From Promethearchaeota archaeon (GTDB lineage: Archaea; Asgardarchaeota; Lokiarchaeia; Sigyniarchaeales; SOKP01), in contig JAEOTR010000014.1 in NCBI GenBank assembly GCA_016839705.1, forward strand, positions 63,294 to 127,293: DNA of 64,000 nt, given 5' to 3'. The notes beneath the pieces are model-generated. The model saw only the letters and a program-made list of their open reading frames with translations. It searched no databases and was not told where the DNA came from. Shown here one piece after another: positions 10,146 to 20,323 of this stretch. The position numbers and the translations under genes were made by a program. The first letter of the stretch is position 1, and each line of letters starts with the position of its first letter.

Positions 10146-10567
10146 TTGTGTTTTGGTAGAGGAGGCAAGCGATAAATTTTATTGGTAATATCTGCTACAG
10201 AATTTATAAATTTCTCAACTTCTGCTGCGGAACAAAAGTATTGTTGGACTCGATCTTCAGAAATACCTTCATGCTTTAACAATTTTTTCAGTGCAAGTAT
10301 ATGTTCGTAGGTATTCGTATTTCCATTTTCAAATTCACATTCACCTACTTTTCAAGATATAATCGCAACACCATCAGCACCGTTTAAGAAAGCTTCCATG
10401 ATTAGATGGATGCCAACACGTCCAGTGCATCTTACTCGGATGAGATGAAAATCTGTAGAGTATGATTTTCTTGTGACTCCTGTTAAATCTGCTACGGAAT
10501 ATCCTCATTTATCGCAGCCAAAGGCAACAATTTTTCTTGATTCTTCATTTTTTACTTCAGACATCAT
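10136..10567 (-). CDS. mvhD: MvhD/VhuD/FlpD [2Fe-2S] subunit, selenoprotein (U21, U72); absent from ORF track
   Basis: Manual translation: MMSEVKNEESRKIVAFGCDK(TGA)GYSVADLTG...IRVRCTGRV...AFLNGADGVAIIS(TGA)KVGECEFENGN...YFCSAAE...PLPKHNPN-TAG; TGAs at 10505-10507 and 10352-10354 sit at conserved Cys positions. Confidence 0.93.
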
Positions 10568-10585
10568 AAATACCCTTTAATTTGT

Positions 10586-12583
10586 TTATTCTTCTATACT
10601 CTCAGGTATTTTTTCTACAGTTTCTATTTCACTACATCCAATGCCCTTAAGTTCCTGCGTGAATTGAATATCTCTATAATACTTTAGGTCTATTGCTCTT
10701 GCTGGGCAAGAAGATATACATACACCACAGCCTTTACATTTTAAATCATCAACCTTAGCAATCTCGTTCTCATTAACTTTAATTGCTTCATAAAAGCATA
10801 GTTTTTCACACCGATGGCAACCCATGCATAAATCTTCATTCACTTCAGCAATAATTAATTCTTGTTTAATGGTATCATGTGATAATAGAGTAGATGCTTT
10901 ACTTGCTGCTGCTAACGCAGAGGATACGGAATATGGAATATTTTTTGGTCCTGCGGCACATCCCGCAATATAAATTCCTATGTCTTTTGTCTCTTGAGGG
11001 CTTAAGCATCCATGAACTTCAGAAAGAAACCCACTTGGACCTCTACTTAATCCCATAACATTTATCATCTCTTCAGTTCCTTTTGAAGGATTCATCCCCG
11101 TTGATAACACGACAAGATCAGCATTAATTTTTACAATTTCACCTGTTAACGATGAATACGCTCTGACCTTCAACTTATTTGTTTCTTTATCCTCTATAAT
11201 TTCACCTACTTTTCCCCTAATCATTCGTACCCCAGTCTCTCTTATTTTTCTATAGTATTCTTCGTTTCCTTTATCTGTCGTTCGAATATCAATATAAAAC
11301 ATAAATACTTCCATATCAGGATACTCTTGTTTTAAGAGTTGTGCATTTTTAAGAGCAACATTACAACAGACAAAGGAGCAATATGGGTTAGCATTTATGT
11401 CTCTCGAACCAACACACTGGATCATTACTATCGTTTTTGGTGATTCTCCAGTGGAGATTCGATAAATATGTCCGCCAGTTGGCCCTATAGGGCTTAGCAT
11501 CCTTTCTAATTCAATCTGTGTTATTACATCAGGATAATAACCGTAGTTATATTCATTTGATTCCCAAATTGGATACTCATCCCATCCTGTCGCGACAATA
11601 GCTGCTCCGACCGTAATATCGATGAATTCATCCTCTTGTTCAAATTCAATGGCCTCAGCAGGACAAATTCGTTCGCAGTTTTTACAATCAATGCATACAT
11701 TTCTATCCATAACAGCTAGTTTTGGAACAGCTTGGGGAAATGGTATATAAATTGCATTTCTTTCACCAATACCTCGATCAAATTCACTCGGTACTTTAAT
11801 TGGGCACTTAGTTGTACACAACCCACATCCAGTGCATTTTTTCTCGTTCACATATCGAGCATTTTTTCTAATCTTGACTTTATAATCTCCAGGGATTCCA
11901 CTAAACTCTACAACATCGCTATAAGTATACAGATTTATATTTGGATGTTTCGATGCGTTTACCATTATTGGGGCGAGAACTCATATCCCACAATCATCAG
12001 TAGGATAAATTCGATCTAATTGTGCCATTTTTCCTCCAATTGTAGCTTCTTTTTCAACCAAATAGACAGGTATTCCCTGATTTGCTAAGTCTAGAGCAGC
12101 ATTCATTCCAGCAATCCCTGCTCCAACTACTAAAACTGCCCTTTCTGCAGGAATTTCTTTTCGAGGAACATTTTCTAATTCTCTAGCTCTATTAATTCCT
12201 GCTTTTACTAATCGTATAGCTTTCTCTGTAGCTTTTTTCTTATCATCTCTATGAACAAAAGAGCAATGTTCTCTTAAATTAACCATTTGGAAATAATATG
12301 GGCTAATTCCCGCCTCAACTAAAACAGCTCTGTAGGTGGGTTCATGAATTTTTGGTGTACATGCCGCAACGACAACTCTGTTCAAATCTTGTTCCAAAAT
12401 ATCATTTTTTATTATATTTTGGCCAGGATCAGAGCAAGTAAATGCATTAACTCTGGAGATAATTACATTAGGAAGATGTTCGATAGCATCTCTGACTGCA
12501 TCACAATCAACAGAAGCTTTAATATTTACGCCTCACTCGCATACATAGACTCCTATTCTAACAATGGTCTGATTCTCAGACAA
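10586..12583 (-). CDS. hdrA: heterodisulfide reductase subunit A, selenoprotein (U17, U201), 665 aa; joins ORFs 11981-12397 and 10586-11965
   Basis: TTG start at 12583 after AGGTG; RIGVYVCE(TGA)GVNI at 12533-12535 and YPTDDCGI(TGA)VLAPIMV at 11981-11983, all in one frame; GAGIAG FAD motif, QCVGSR, YCSxVCC and ferredoxin motifs. Confidence 0.95.
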
Positions 12584-12851
12584 ATAATACACCTTTTTGT
12601 AAAACTTCACCATTAATTTTTTGTTAATCTGAAATATTACATAAAATCTTATTGGATGATGAAATTATTGAAAGAATTTATTTTTTCTGATTAAGCTTCA
12701 TAATAATGATAATGATAATAAATTGTAATTTTAATAAATGATTTCGAACATTTTTTTTTCAAGAAGAGCTTTATAGTCAGTTGTTCTTAATTTAGATTAA
12801 TTATTTAGTGCAATTTTTTATAGTACAAACAAGTTTAAGAAGTAGTGAATT

Positions 12852-13613
12852 ATGAAAAAGAATAATGAGGAGTATTATTACATTAATGGGAAGCATTATG
12901 ATAATATGATAAAGAGCAGAAATGCGTATGAATCCATTCCATTTTATGTAAAGCAAGTAAAAAAATATGGTGGTCCTATTCTCGAGTTAGCCTGTGGAAC
13001 TGGAAGAATTACCATTCCCATTGCAAAAAAAGGAATATCAATTGTTGGGTTGGATTTCTCTGTAAAAATGTTAGAACAAGCCAAAAGAAACTCAATAGGT
13101 AATAATGTAGAAATTGAATGGATAGAAGCTGATATGACAAACTATAGCCTAAGTAGAAAATTTTCTGTAATACTAATGCCCGCTGCTGCAATGAATTGGG
13201 TGCTTGAGAATAAAGACATAGAAAAATGTTTAACCTGTATAAAGGACCATCTAAACCAAGATGGGATATTTATTTTTAATGTGTTTAATCCCAATTTGGA
13301 TATTTTAAAGAGAGATCCTTCAAAAAAATATGATATATCTAAATACCCAAATCCAGATGGTAAAGGAATTGTAGTTGTAACCGAAAGCAATTATTATGAC
13401 AAAGCTACTCAAATTAATCACATAACCTCGTATTATAATATTAATAGTAAGGAAATAATCAAGAAATTGAAATTAAGAATGTTTTTTCCACAAGAATTAG
13501 ACGCTTTACTTAATTACAATGGTTTTAAAATTGACCATAAATATGGATCTTTTGTCGAAGAACCATTTAATTCCGATTCAAACTGGCAAATTGTAATCTG
13601 TCATAAGAAGTAA
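12852..13613 (+). CDS. class I SAM-dependent methyltransferase
   Basis: ILELACGTGR, GLDFS, EADM motifs. Confidence 0.9.
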   Translation: MKKNNEEYYYINGKHYDNMIKSRNAYESIPFYVKQVKKYGGPILELACGTGRITIPIAKKGISIVGLDFSVKMLEQAKRNSIGNNVEIEWIEADMTNYSLSRKFSVILMPAAAMNWVLENKDIEKCLTCIKDHLNQDGIFIFNVFNPNLDILKRDPSKKYDISKYPNPDGKGIVVVTESNYYDKATQINHITSYYNINSKEIIKKLKLRMFFPQELDALLNYNGFKIDHKYGSFVEEPFNSDSNWQIVICHKK

Positions 13614-13666
13614 ATAAAAATTTCTTTACTCGTGAAATTTTTTATGAAAAGTTCATTATTATTTTT

Positions 13667-13852
13667 ATGGTACAAGAAGAAGAATCAAAGAAGGAAGAGT
13701 TTGCGAAAGAATTTATGGCAGAAGAAGGCTTGAAAGGTAAGGCCAGAAGGATTAAAATAATGAGGATTATCGATACTGTGGGGTATGATAAGCGAAAGAT
13801 TAAGACAGCATTAGCTCGATCTACATTAGCAGATAGGATTCATCATGAATAA
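13667..13852 (+). CDS. small hypothetical protein
   Basis: 61-aa ORF with coding-like composition filling an intergenic gap. Confidence 0.6.
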   Translation: MVQEEESKKEEFAKEFMAEEGLKGKARRIKIMRIIDTVGYDKRKIKTALARSTLADRIHHE

Positions 13853-13960
13853 ATTAGGATATCCAATTGTATTTCAGACGATGATCATAAATTAAATTAA
13901 TTTTATTAAATATATTCGAATTATAGTATTTACTTACATCTAAAAAAAGGGTTTATTAGA

Positions 13961-15250
13961 GTGCTTGATATTGAATTATTTCGGAAAAATGTTGAGGAAA
14001 TTGTTAATTCAGAAAAGAAACGATTTAAAGATCCGATTAATGCAGAAAAAACCTTAGACTTTGACAGAAAGTGGAGAGAGATCTTACAAAAAATCCAGGA
14101 TTTACGGAAAGATAGGAATGAGATCTCTTCTCAAATAGCCGACTTCAAAAAAAGGGGAGAAACTAAAAAAGCTGAAGATGCCATTAACACTTCCAAGGAG
14201 ATAAAAGCTAAAATTGATGAATTAGAAAAAAAACAAATAGAATTTCTTGAGCAAAGAGAAGAACATCGTTATGCAGTCGGCAATATATTACATGATTCTG
14301 TTCCAATTGGAGAAACTGAAGAATTTAATGAAATTATAAGGAGTAGTGGTGAAAAAAAACAGTTTAATTTTCAACCGCTCTCCCATGTTGATTTGATTTC
14401 TCAAATTGATGGAGCTGACACGAAAAAAGCATCAGAAGTGGTAGGAACAAGATTTTATTATTTAAAAAGGGATTTGGTACTTTTAAATCTAGCTTTATTA
14501 AAGTATGCCTTAGATAAGCTTGTAAGTAAAGGTTACATTCCAATGTGGACTCCTTTTTTTATTAAACATGAAGTGATGAAAGCAGCTGCGGAATTAGCAG
14601 AATTTGAAGACCAATTATATAAAATTGAAGGAGAAGACCTTTATATGATCGCTACTTCTGAACAAACCTTAGCAGCATTTCATTATAATGAAATTATTGA
14701 TCCTAAAATATTACCACTAAAATATGCAGGAATCTCTTCGTGTTTCAGAAGAGAAGCAGGTTCACATGGTAAAGATACACTTGGTATATTTAGAGTTCAT
14801 CGATTTGAAAAGGTTGAACAGTTTATATTCTGTAAGCCTGAGGATTCTTGGAAATACCATGAAGAATTAATATCGAATTCTGAAGAAATTTTTAAAGAAT
14901 TAGAACTTCCATATAGAATTGTCAATATAGCTTCTGGAGAGTTAAATGATAACGCTGCTAAAAAATATGATTTAGAAGCCTGGTTTCCTGCCTCAGAAAC
15001 GTTCCGTGAACTAGTATCCTGCAGTAACTGTTTAGATTATCAAGCAAGAAAATTAAAAATTAGAATGGGTAAGGTTGGTGGGGCTCAAGAAAAAGAAATT
15101 CTACATACTCTTAATTCAACCGCAATAGCAACTGAACGGACAATCTGTTGTATTTTGGAAAATTATCAGAATGAAGACCATTCAATTACTATTCCGAAAA
15201 TACTTCAAAATTATATGAATGGGAAAAAAGTTATAAAAGCAGTTAAATAG
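13961..15250 (+). CDS. serS: seryl-tRNA synthetase (bacterial/eukaryal type)
   Basis: N-terminal coiled arm, IATSEQ, CFRREAGSHGKDTLGIFRVH, ELVSCSNCLDYQARKL, HTLNST. Confidence 0.97.
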   Translation: MLDIELFRKNVEEIVNSEKKRFKDPINAEKTLDFDRKWREILQKIQDLRKDRNEISSQIADFKKRGETKKAEDAINTSKEIKAKIDELEKKQIEFLEQREEHRYAVGNILHDSVPIGETEEFNEIIRSSGEKKQFNFQPLSHVDLISQIDGADTKKASEVVGTRFYYLKRDLVLLNLALLKYALDKLVSKGYIPMWTPFFIKHEVMKAAAELAEFEDQLYKIEGEDLYMIATSEQTLAAFHYNEIIDPKILPLKYAGISSCFRREAGSHGKDTLGIFRVHRFEKVEQFIFCKPEDSWKYHEELISNSEEIFKELELPYRIVNIASGELNDNAAKKYDLEAWFPASETFRELVSCSNCLDYQARKLKIRMGKVGGAQEKEILHTLNSTAIATERTICCILENYQNEDHSITIPKILQNYMNGKKVIKAVK

Positions 15251-15268
15251 ATCTAAATAGAGTTTAAC

Positions 15269-16501
15269 ATGATCGAAAAAGATTTGGAGGAGTTTGAAGA
15301 ATTTTATAATGAAAAAATCAACGCTATTTTTTCAAAGGTAAAAAGAGCTTCGAAAAAGATAATATTAGAGATCCGAGATAATTTAATTGAAATTAAAGTA
15401 TGTTTAGATCATTTTATTGAAGCTGGGAAAGATAAAATTGATCAGAAGTCTCAGAAGTCTCTCAACTTTTTCTCTGATAGAATTAGAAAGGAAATAGATG
15501 AGATTGAGGTCCCCGACAATGAGATAAACTATGACAATATTATGGATTTGTTGAACTCAATAAAGAAACTATTCACAAACATTAATGAAATTGCTAGAAA
15601 ATCCCTCCCTAAATTTCAGAAAGAGGTTCAACCTCAAATCAAAGAGTTAAATTATATAACTCGTAAACTGGGTAAAAAACAAGCTATTTTGGACGAATTT
15701 CTTAGAAAAAAATATACTGATCTTAAAAATGCAGAATATTTATTGAAAAAATTACCTAAAATTTTTACTCTAAAGGATAATATAGAGCACTCAAAAACAG
15801 ATTTGGAGCAATTTGAAACGGAGTTAGAAGAAAGAAAAGAAACCGAAGAAGAGTTAAATGCAAAATTAGTAGAACTTGAAAAAAATAATTTATTCAAAGA
15901 ATTGGAAACGGAGAAAGATAAATTATTTCAATTACAAATGAGAATTAATGACGAAATTGGTTTTAAAAAGGCTTTAAAGAAATTTAAGTTTGAATTAGAA
16001 AAAAATACAATACATGCTCCTAGTGTAAATATAAATTATTTAAAAGATTTTCTTAAAAACCCAATTGGTGTTCTCATCTCTGAGAGAAAGGATTTACCAA
16101 AGTTTACTAGTTTGATGGTTCAATTAAGGCATGTTTTGGAGGAAAACAGGTTAAATCTCAAATCTGACACAAAACAAAAAACAGTTGAACAAATTAATGC
16201 AATTTTTGAAGAAAAGCTGCTGCAGGAAAACATTGAAAAATTTCTGCAATTTAGAGAAAAGATAACTCAAATTGAGGAAAAAATTGAAGCTGCAGGTTTA
16301 GCAAAGAAATTAGAAGAATTGAAAAACCAAATCTCTTCAAATGCTGTAAAACTCGAACATGTCGAAAATGACCATAATAGAAAAAACAAAGATTATTTAC
16401 GATATCTTAACACTTTAAAATCTGAAAGAGAAGAGTTTCAATCTCTGGTAGAGGAAGTATTAAATGAGAGTATAAAAATAAATATCGTTTTTGCTTTTTA
16501 A
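15269..16501 (+). CDS. coiled-coil hypothetical protein
   Basis: 410 aa, E/K/L-rich heptads, 18 bp after serS. Confidence 0.75.
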   Translation: MIEKDLEEFEEFYNEKINAIFSKVKRASKKIILEIRDNLIEIKVCLDHFIEAGKDKIDQKSQKSLNFFSDRIRKEIDEIEVPDNEINYDNIMDLLNSIKKLFTNINEIARKSLPKFQKEVQPQIKELNYITRKLGKKQAILDEFLRKKYTDLKNAEYLLKKLPKIFTLKDNIEHSKTDLEQFETELEERKETEEELNAKLVELEKNNLFKELETEKDKLFQLQMRINDEIGFKKALKKFKFELEKNTIHAPSVNINYLKDFLKNPIGVLISERKDLPKFTSLMVQLRHVLEENRLNLKSDTKQKTVEQINAIFEEKLLQENIEKFLQFREKITQIEEKIEAAGLAKKLEELKNQISSNAVKLEHVENDHNRKNKDYLRYLNTLKSEREEFQSLVEEVLNESIKINIVFAF

Positions 16502-16503
16502 GA

Positions 16504-17235
16504 TTACTTTTTTTCTAATATTTCAAAATTACGATTATTATTCACATTTTTTTTCTTGAAGGAGAATGTTAAATTTTTTTTTAAGAATTTAAAAACCTCC
16601 GTGTCTCGTAAGTTAAAAATTTTCAAATATTCATATCCTAAAACTACATCTTGTTTCAGATCCATATCAAATCCAGCTCTAAAAGAATCGTAAATAAATA
16701 TCTTGCTTATGTCATTCTTAGACGCATTATTAAGTAAGGCAACTAAAGAAGGTGTATTCGGATCTGAAAAATATGATGAGATAATATCAGGCGGATTCCT
16801 ACTTAATATTGAAATCCCAGCGGAATGAATAGCAGGACAAATAACTAACTGATTCTTTTGTATTAGAGTATTAATTTCATAAAAATTTTTAGCAGTGATT
16901 AAAATTAAATCTAAAAAGGCAATGGTTGTTTGTTTTGCCTTGAATTTTTCAATAGCAATTTTATTGAATTTGCTTATTACATCATCGAAAGGTTTTGGAA
17001 TGTCTGCTGAATCTTCCTTGATTCCAATTAAACCATTTTCTTCTGCAAGTTCTAGTATTTCTGAAGCATTACAATATACCAATATTTGTTTAAAACAATT
17101 TACATCAGACAATGTGTTAATTAAATCCTTAAACATTGCAATTGTAAAATCCTTAAGTTGATCAGCTGAAAAGCAGTCCCCGAGACGAGATTTTGTTGTT
17201 GAAAAAGGGGCTATAGGAATTAATAAAGAACTCAT
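16504..17235 (-). CDS. cofC: 2-phospho-L-lactate/PEP guanylyltransferase-like (F420 biosynthesis)
   Basis: LIPI...TKSRL...AMFKD N-terminus and FDMD near the C-terminus; divergent. Confidence 0.65.
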   Translation of the reverse strand: MSSLLIPIAPFSTTKSRLGDCFSADQLKDFTIAMFKDLINTLSDVNCFKQILVYCNASEILELAEENGLIGIKEDSADIPKPFDDVISKFNKIAIEKFKAKQTTIAFLDLILITAKNFYEINTLIQKNQLVICPAIHSAGISILSRNPPDIISSYFSDPNTPSLVALLNNASKNDISKIFIYDSFRAGFDMDLKQDVVLGYEYLKIFNLRDTEVFKFLKKNLTFSFKKKNVNNNRNFEILEKK

Positions 17236-17321
17236 AATCTTCGAAGATAGAATCTCACTAAAAATATTAGTTTAAGTTGTTAAAGTCAAAAATAACCTTT
17301 TATATTTAAGATTATTTAGTC

Positions 17322-17879
17322 TTATCTTAAATCATTTAAAATTTGAATTGATAAACATTCAAAGGCTTTATCAATGTTCTTATTTGATTTTGCTGAAGTT
17401 TCCACATATTCCACTTTATAGGATTCTGATTTTTCCTTTGCTTCCTCGAATGAAACTACCCTTTCATCTATTTTATCAATTTTATTACCAATTATTATAA
17501 AAGGAATCTCACCGCTTAATTCTTTTAACTTAGAAATCCAAAAGTCAATATTATCAAAAGACTCCCTATTAATTACATCATATACTATAAAGGCACCAAC
17601 AGCTTGGACAAAATAATACTCATTACTAAACAATTTATCATGCTGGCCACCTAAATCCCAAAAATAAAGTTTGAACTCTTGAACATCCTTTTTCGATTTG
17701 AAATTTTTTATATTTAACTTATTAATTACTTTACTTAATTCAATTTCCTTTATTAAAAAATTAGCACCTATTGTCTGATCATATTCCTCGCTAAACTGGT
17801 CATCTACATAACGGGCTAATATGCTGGTTTTACCCACTGAAGGGTCACCGCATAAAATAACTTTTCCACGATAAGACAT
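17322..17879 (-). CDS. Rab-like small GTPase
   Basis: GDPSVGKTS, TIGANF, WDLGGQ, GNKID, ETSAK; no C-terminal prenylation Cys. Confidence 0.93.
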   Translation of the reverse strand: MSYRGKVILCGDPSVGKTSILARYVDDQFSEEYDQTIGANFLIKEIELSKVINKLNIKNFKSKKDVQEFKLYFWDLGGQHDKLFSNEYYFVQAVGAFIVYDVINRESFDNIDFWISKLKELSGEIPFIIIGNKIDKIDERVVSFEEAKEKSESYKVEYVETSAKSNKNIDKAFECLSIQILNDLR

Positions 17880-18021
17880 AAAGTTTTATCCCTTGTACTT
17901 GTAATACTATAATTGATTTTTATTTCCTAATTTTTGACATATTATATGCAATTTTGTTAGTTAGAATATATATTTTTTTGAATAATTCATATTATTCCGT
18001 TTTAAGTAGGAATATTAGAAT

Positions 18022-18858
18022 TTATTTTGTAAATGGTGTCTTTTTAGCTGTCAATTGTATTAATTTACATTGGCTTGTAATAAAGTATCGAAACAAATGC
18101 TCGTATCCTATAATCTGCTTTGGCATACCATCCTCTAACCATAATCCTGATGTGTACTCCGGGGCTTCCTTTACTTGATCCAAGGTAGTTAGAAGAAATT
18201 GATTATCAGAGATTAGCAATCCGAAAGGAATAACATTTTCACCTTCTATCGAATGAATTGTTACAGAGACTTTTAGAAGCTTTTTTATTTCCTCTTTTAA
18301 AATTTCATTATATTTCAATGCGATAACAAGTTGGATATCAGAAGAAAATTTCTTATTCCATAGTTCTTTTAATACCCATTCATACCCCCCTAATTCATTC
18401 ATAAGCAAATCAGGAGTAAGAATGAAAAAAATACGTTCCTTGGCAGAATTTATTAATTCCTTTATTTTCTTTCTAATTTTTGATCTTGAATTTATAGCCC
18501 AGACACGGGGTTCTGTTTCTTCTTTTGTTATCTCTAATTCGCCAATAATTTTTTCTAATACTAAGGTATCTTCAATCCGTTGTTTATATTGCTCACGTAT
18601 TACCTTGAAAATTCTATCAATTGGAATAACTTGATAATTGGCGCCCCTCTTAATAGGTTCTTTTTGAATAAAGCCCTTATCTATTAATCTATTTAAAGAA
18701 TCATAAACTCTGGCCCTATCCACTCCAGAATGTTTAGCAATATCCGCAGGGCTTAATATTTTATACTGACAAAGAGTAAGTAAAACTTTAGAATCATTTT
18801 TCGTGAATCCTAATGACTGGAGTGCTTCTTCAATCTCAGATGTTTCTAGCTCATTCAT
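18022..18858 (-). CDS. TrmB-family transcriptional regulator
   Basis: LQSLGFT..DSKV, IAKHSGVDRARVYDSLNRLIDKGFI wHTH plus C-terminal effector domain. Confidence 0.9.
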   Translation of the reverse strand: MNELETSEIEEALQSLGFTKNDSKVLLTLCQYKILSPADIAKHSGVDRARVYDSLNRLIDKGFIQKEPIKRGANYQVIPIDRIFKVIREQYKQRIEDTLVLEKIIGELEITKEETEPRVWAINSRSKIRKKIKELINSAKERIFFILTPDLLMNELGGYEWVLKELWNKKFSSDIQLVIALKYNEILKEEIKKLLKVSVTIHSIEGENVIPFGLLISDNQFLLTTLDQVKEAPEYTSGLWLEDGMPKQIIGYEHLFRYFITSQCKLIQLTAKKTPFTK

Positions 18859-19415
18859 GCTTAGTTTTTAAGAATTAAAGACAATAATTATGCCAATAAT
18901 ATTAAAATTTTCTGTATATTGCAATAGTTAAAGAGCTTATATTTTAATTTATTTTTTTAGTAAAAATTTTGATCATTTTTCATTTTCCAATAAGTATTTC
19001 AAATATATTTCGAAATGCACACTTAGAAGCTTTACAATAAATTTTGTGAAGATTTAAAAATGCCATTACATCATAATTTGTAATTCTATTAAAGGTTCTG
19101 CATTAATTTCTAACTGAAAGCTAGACAATTGTGATGTTTTTTCAAAAAAAAATATCAAGATATTATTAAATAGAACTTGAAAACAATATAATTCTGCAAT
19201 CAGTAAAAATTTAACAATGTTTAATAATGGCTTATTTTAGTTTCAAAAATTTTTATTGAAACGTTAATAAAAGGGAAAATTCAATAATTTAAGAGAACAA
19301 GCTTTTATTTCCGACAAAATAAAAAAATAATTTTTATTAGAAATTAATATCATATTAATAAACCGATCTAATTTTCGAACTTAACGATTCGAATTAAAAG
19401 ATCATCTAAAATTAT

Positions 19416-19440
19416 TGATTCGAATCATAATATTTATATA
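19416..19440 (+). promoter_or_regulatory. palindrome plus TATA box upstream of the histone gene
   Basis: TGATTCGAATCA (19416-19427) followed by TTTATA (19433-19438); GGAGG RBS at 19500-19504. Confidence 0.45.
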
Positions 19441-19511
19441 ATAGAAATGTGTAGTAATACTTAATTAACATCTAAATAACAATCCTATATTAAAAAGTTG
19501 GAGGAATAAAA

Positions 19512-19745
19512 ATGGCAAAAAAGAAAGCTCCCGCGAAGAAATCTGAAGGTTATATTGCTAAAGCTCCTATCAGACGATTAATGAAGAAAGAAGGAGCCGA
19601 TCTAGTAGCAGCAGAAGCTTTAGATAAACTTATTGGTTTCCTTGAAAGCAGTGCCGCAACGGCAACAAAGGATGCCATAAAAGTTTGCAAAGCAGATAAA
19701 CGCAAAAGAGTTACTGCTGCAGATATTCGCGCCGCAACTCGCTAA
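19512..19745 (+). CDS. archaeal histone with Lys-rich N-terminal tail
   Basis: Histone fold IAKAPIRRLMK..GA..V..EA...KRKRVTAADI, preceded by MAKKKAPAKKSEG. Confidence 0.93.
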   Translation: MAKKKAPAKKSEGYIAKAPIRRLMKKEGADLVAAEALDKLIGFLESSAATATKDAIKVCKADKRKRVTAADIRAATR

Positions 19746-19804
19746 ATACCTTTAGATTTTAACATTTAATGTTATTTTTTTTTTTCTTTTTTTGATAATA
19801 ATAG

Positions 19805-20323
19805 TCAGAAGTTTTCAAAAAATTCTTGATTCAAATAGTTATGTATATTTTCATCAAGTTTCTTCTTTACTGCATCTAAACCTTCAGGAAGTACACGAGT
19901 TTTTCCTACGATATCAATGAAACCAAGCTCAGTTCCATACCTCGGAATTAAATGAAAATGTAAATGATCAATACTACCGCCTGCATCCCTACCCTGATTT
20001 AACCCAATATTATATCCTTTAGGATTATATAAATCGTCTAAAAGCAACTGAATTCCTTGAATTGCTCGATTGATATGAATTATTTCTTCCTTTGTAAGTT
20101 CAAGAAATTTAGTTAAGTGTCTTTGAGTTACAATCATTAAATGAGCAGGATTATAAGGATATAAATTCAAAATGATAAAACATGTATCGTCTTCATATAC
20201 TTTCAGAATTTCAACACGATCATCATTATCTCTTACAGCACATAATATACAATCCACATTTGGTCTTGCCTTCCCTTGTACATAATCTAATTTCCCTAAA
20301 GCTTGTAACCAATCCTTAAAAAT
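19805..20323 (-). CDS. HIT-family hydrolase; probable ATT start at 20323
   Basis: HLHFHLIPR triad, CILC, NLYPYNPAH; frame open upstream as (I)FKDWLQALGKLDYVQG. Confidence 0.88.
   Translation of the reverse strand: MFKDWLQALGKLDYVQGKARPNVDCILCAVRDNDDRVEILKVYEDDTCFIILNLYPYNPAHLMIVTQRHLTKFLELTKEEIIHINRAIQGIQLLLDDLYNPKGYNIGLNQGRDAGGSIDHLHFHLIPRYGTELGFIDIVGKTRVLPEGLDAVKKKLDENIHNYLNQEFFENF

Noticed and set aside
10586-12397. hdrA as a split gene or pseudogene
   Set aside because: Both interruptions are in-frame TGA at conserved Cys positions, with no frameshift and a SECIS-like element downstream
8547-12583. Genome-wide UGA reassignment
   Set aside because: Several genes (2211, 8547, 19805, 23090) terminate normally at TGA
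12650-12695. Second C/D sRNA (ATGATGA...CTGA) upstream of hdrA
   Set aside because: Too short, A/T-only spacer, no clear C'/D' boxes or terminal stem
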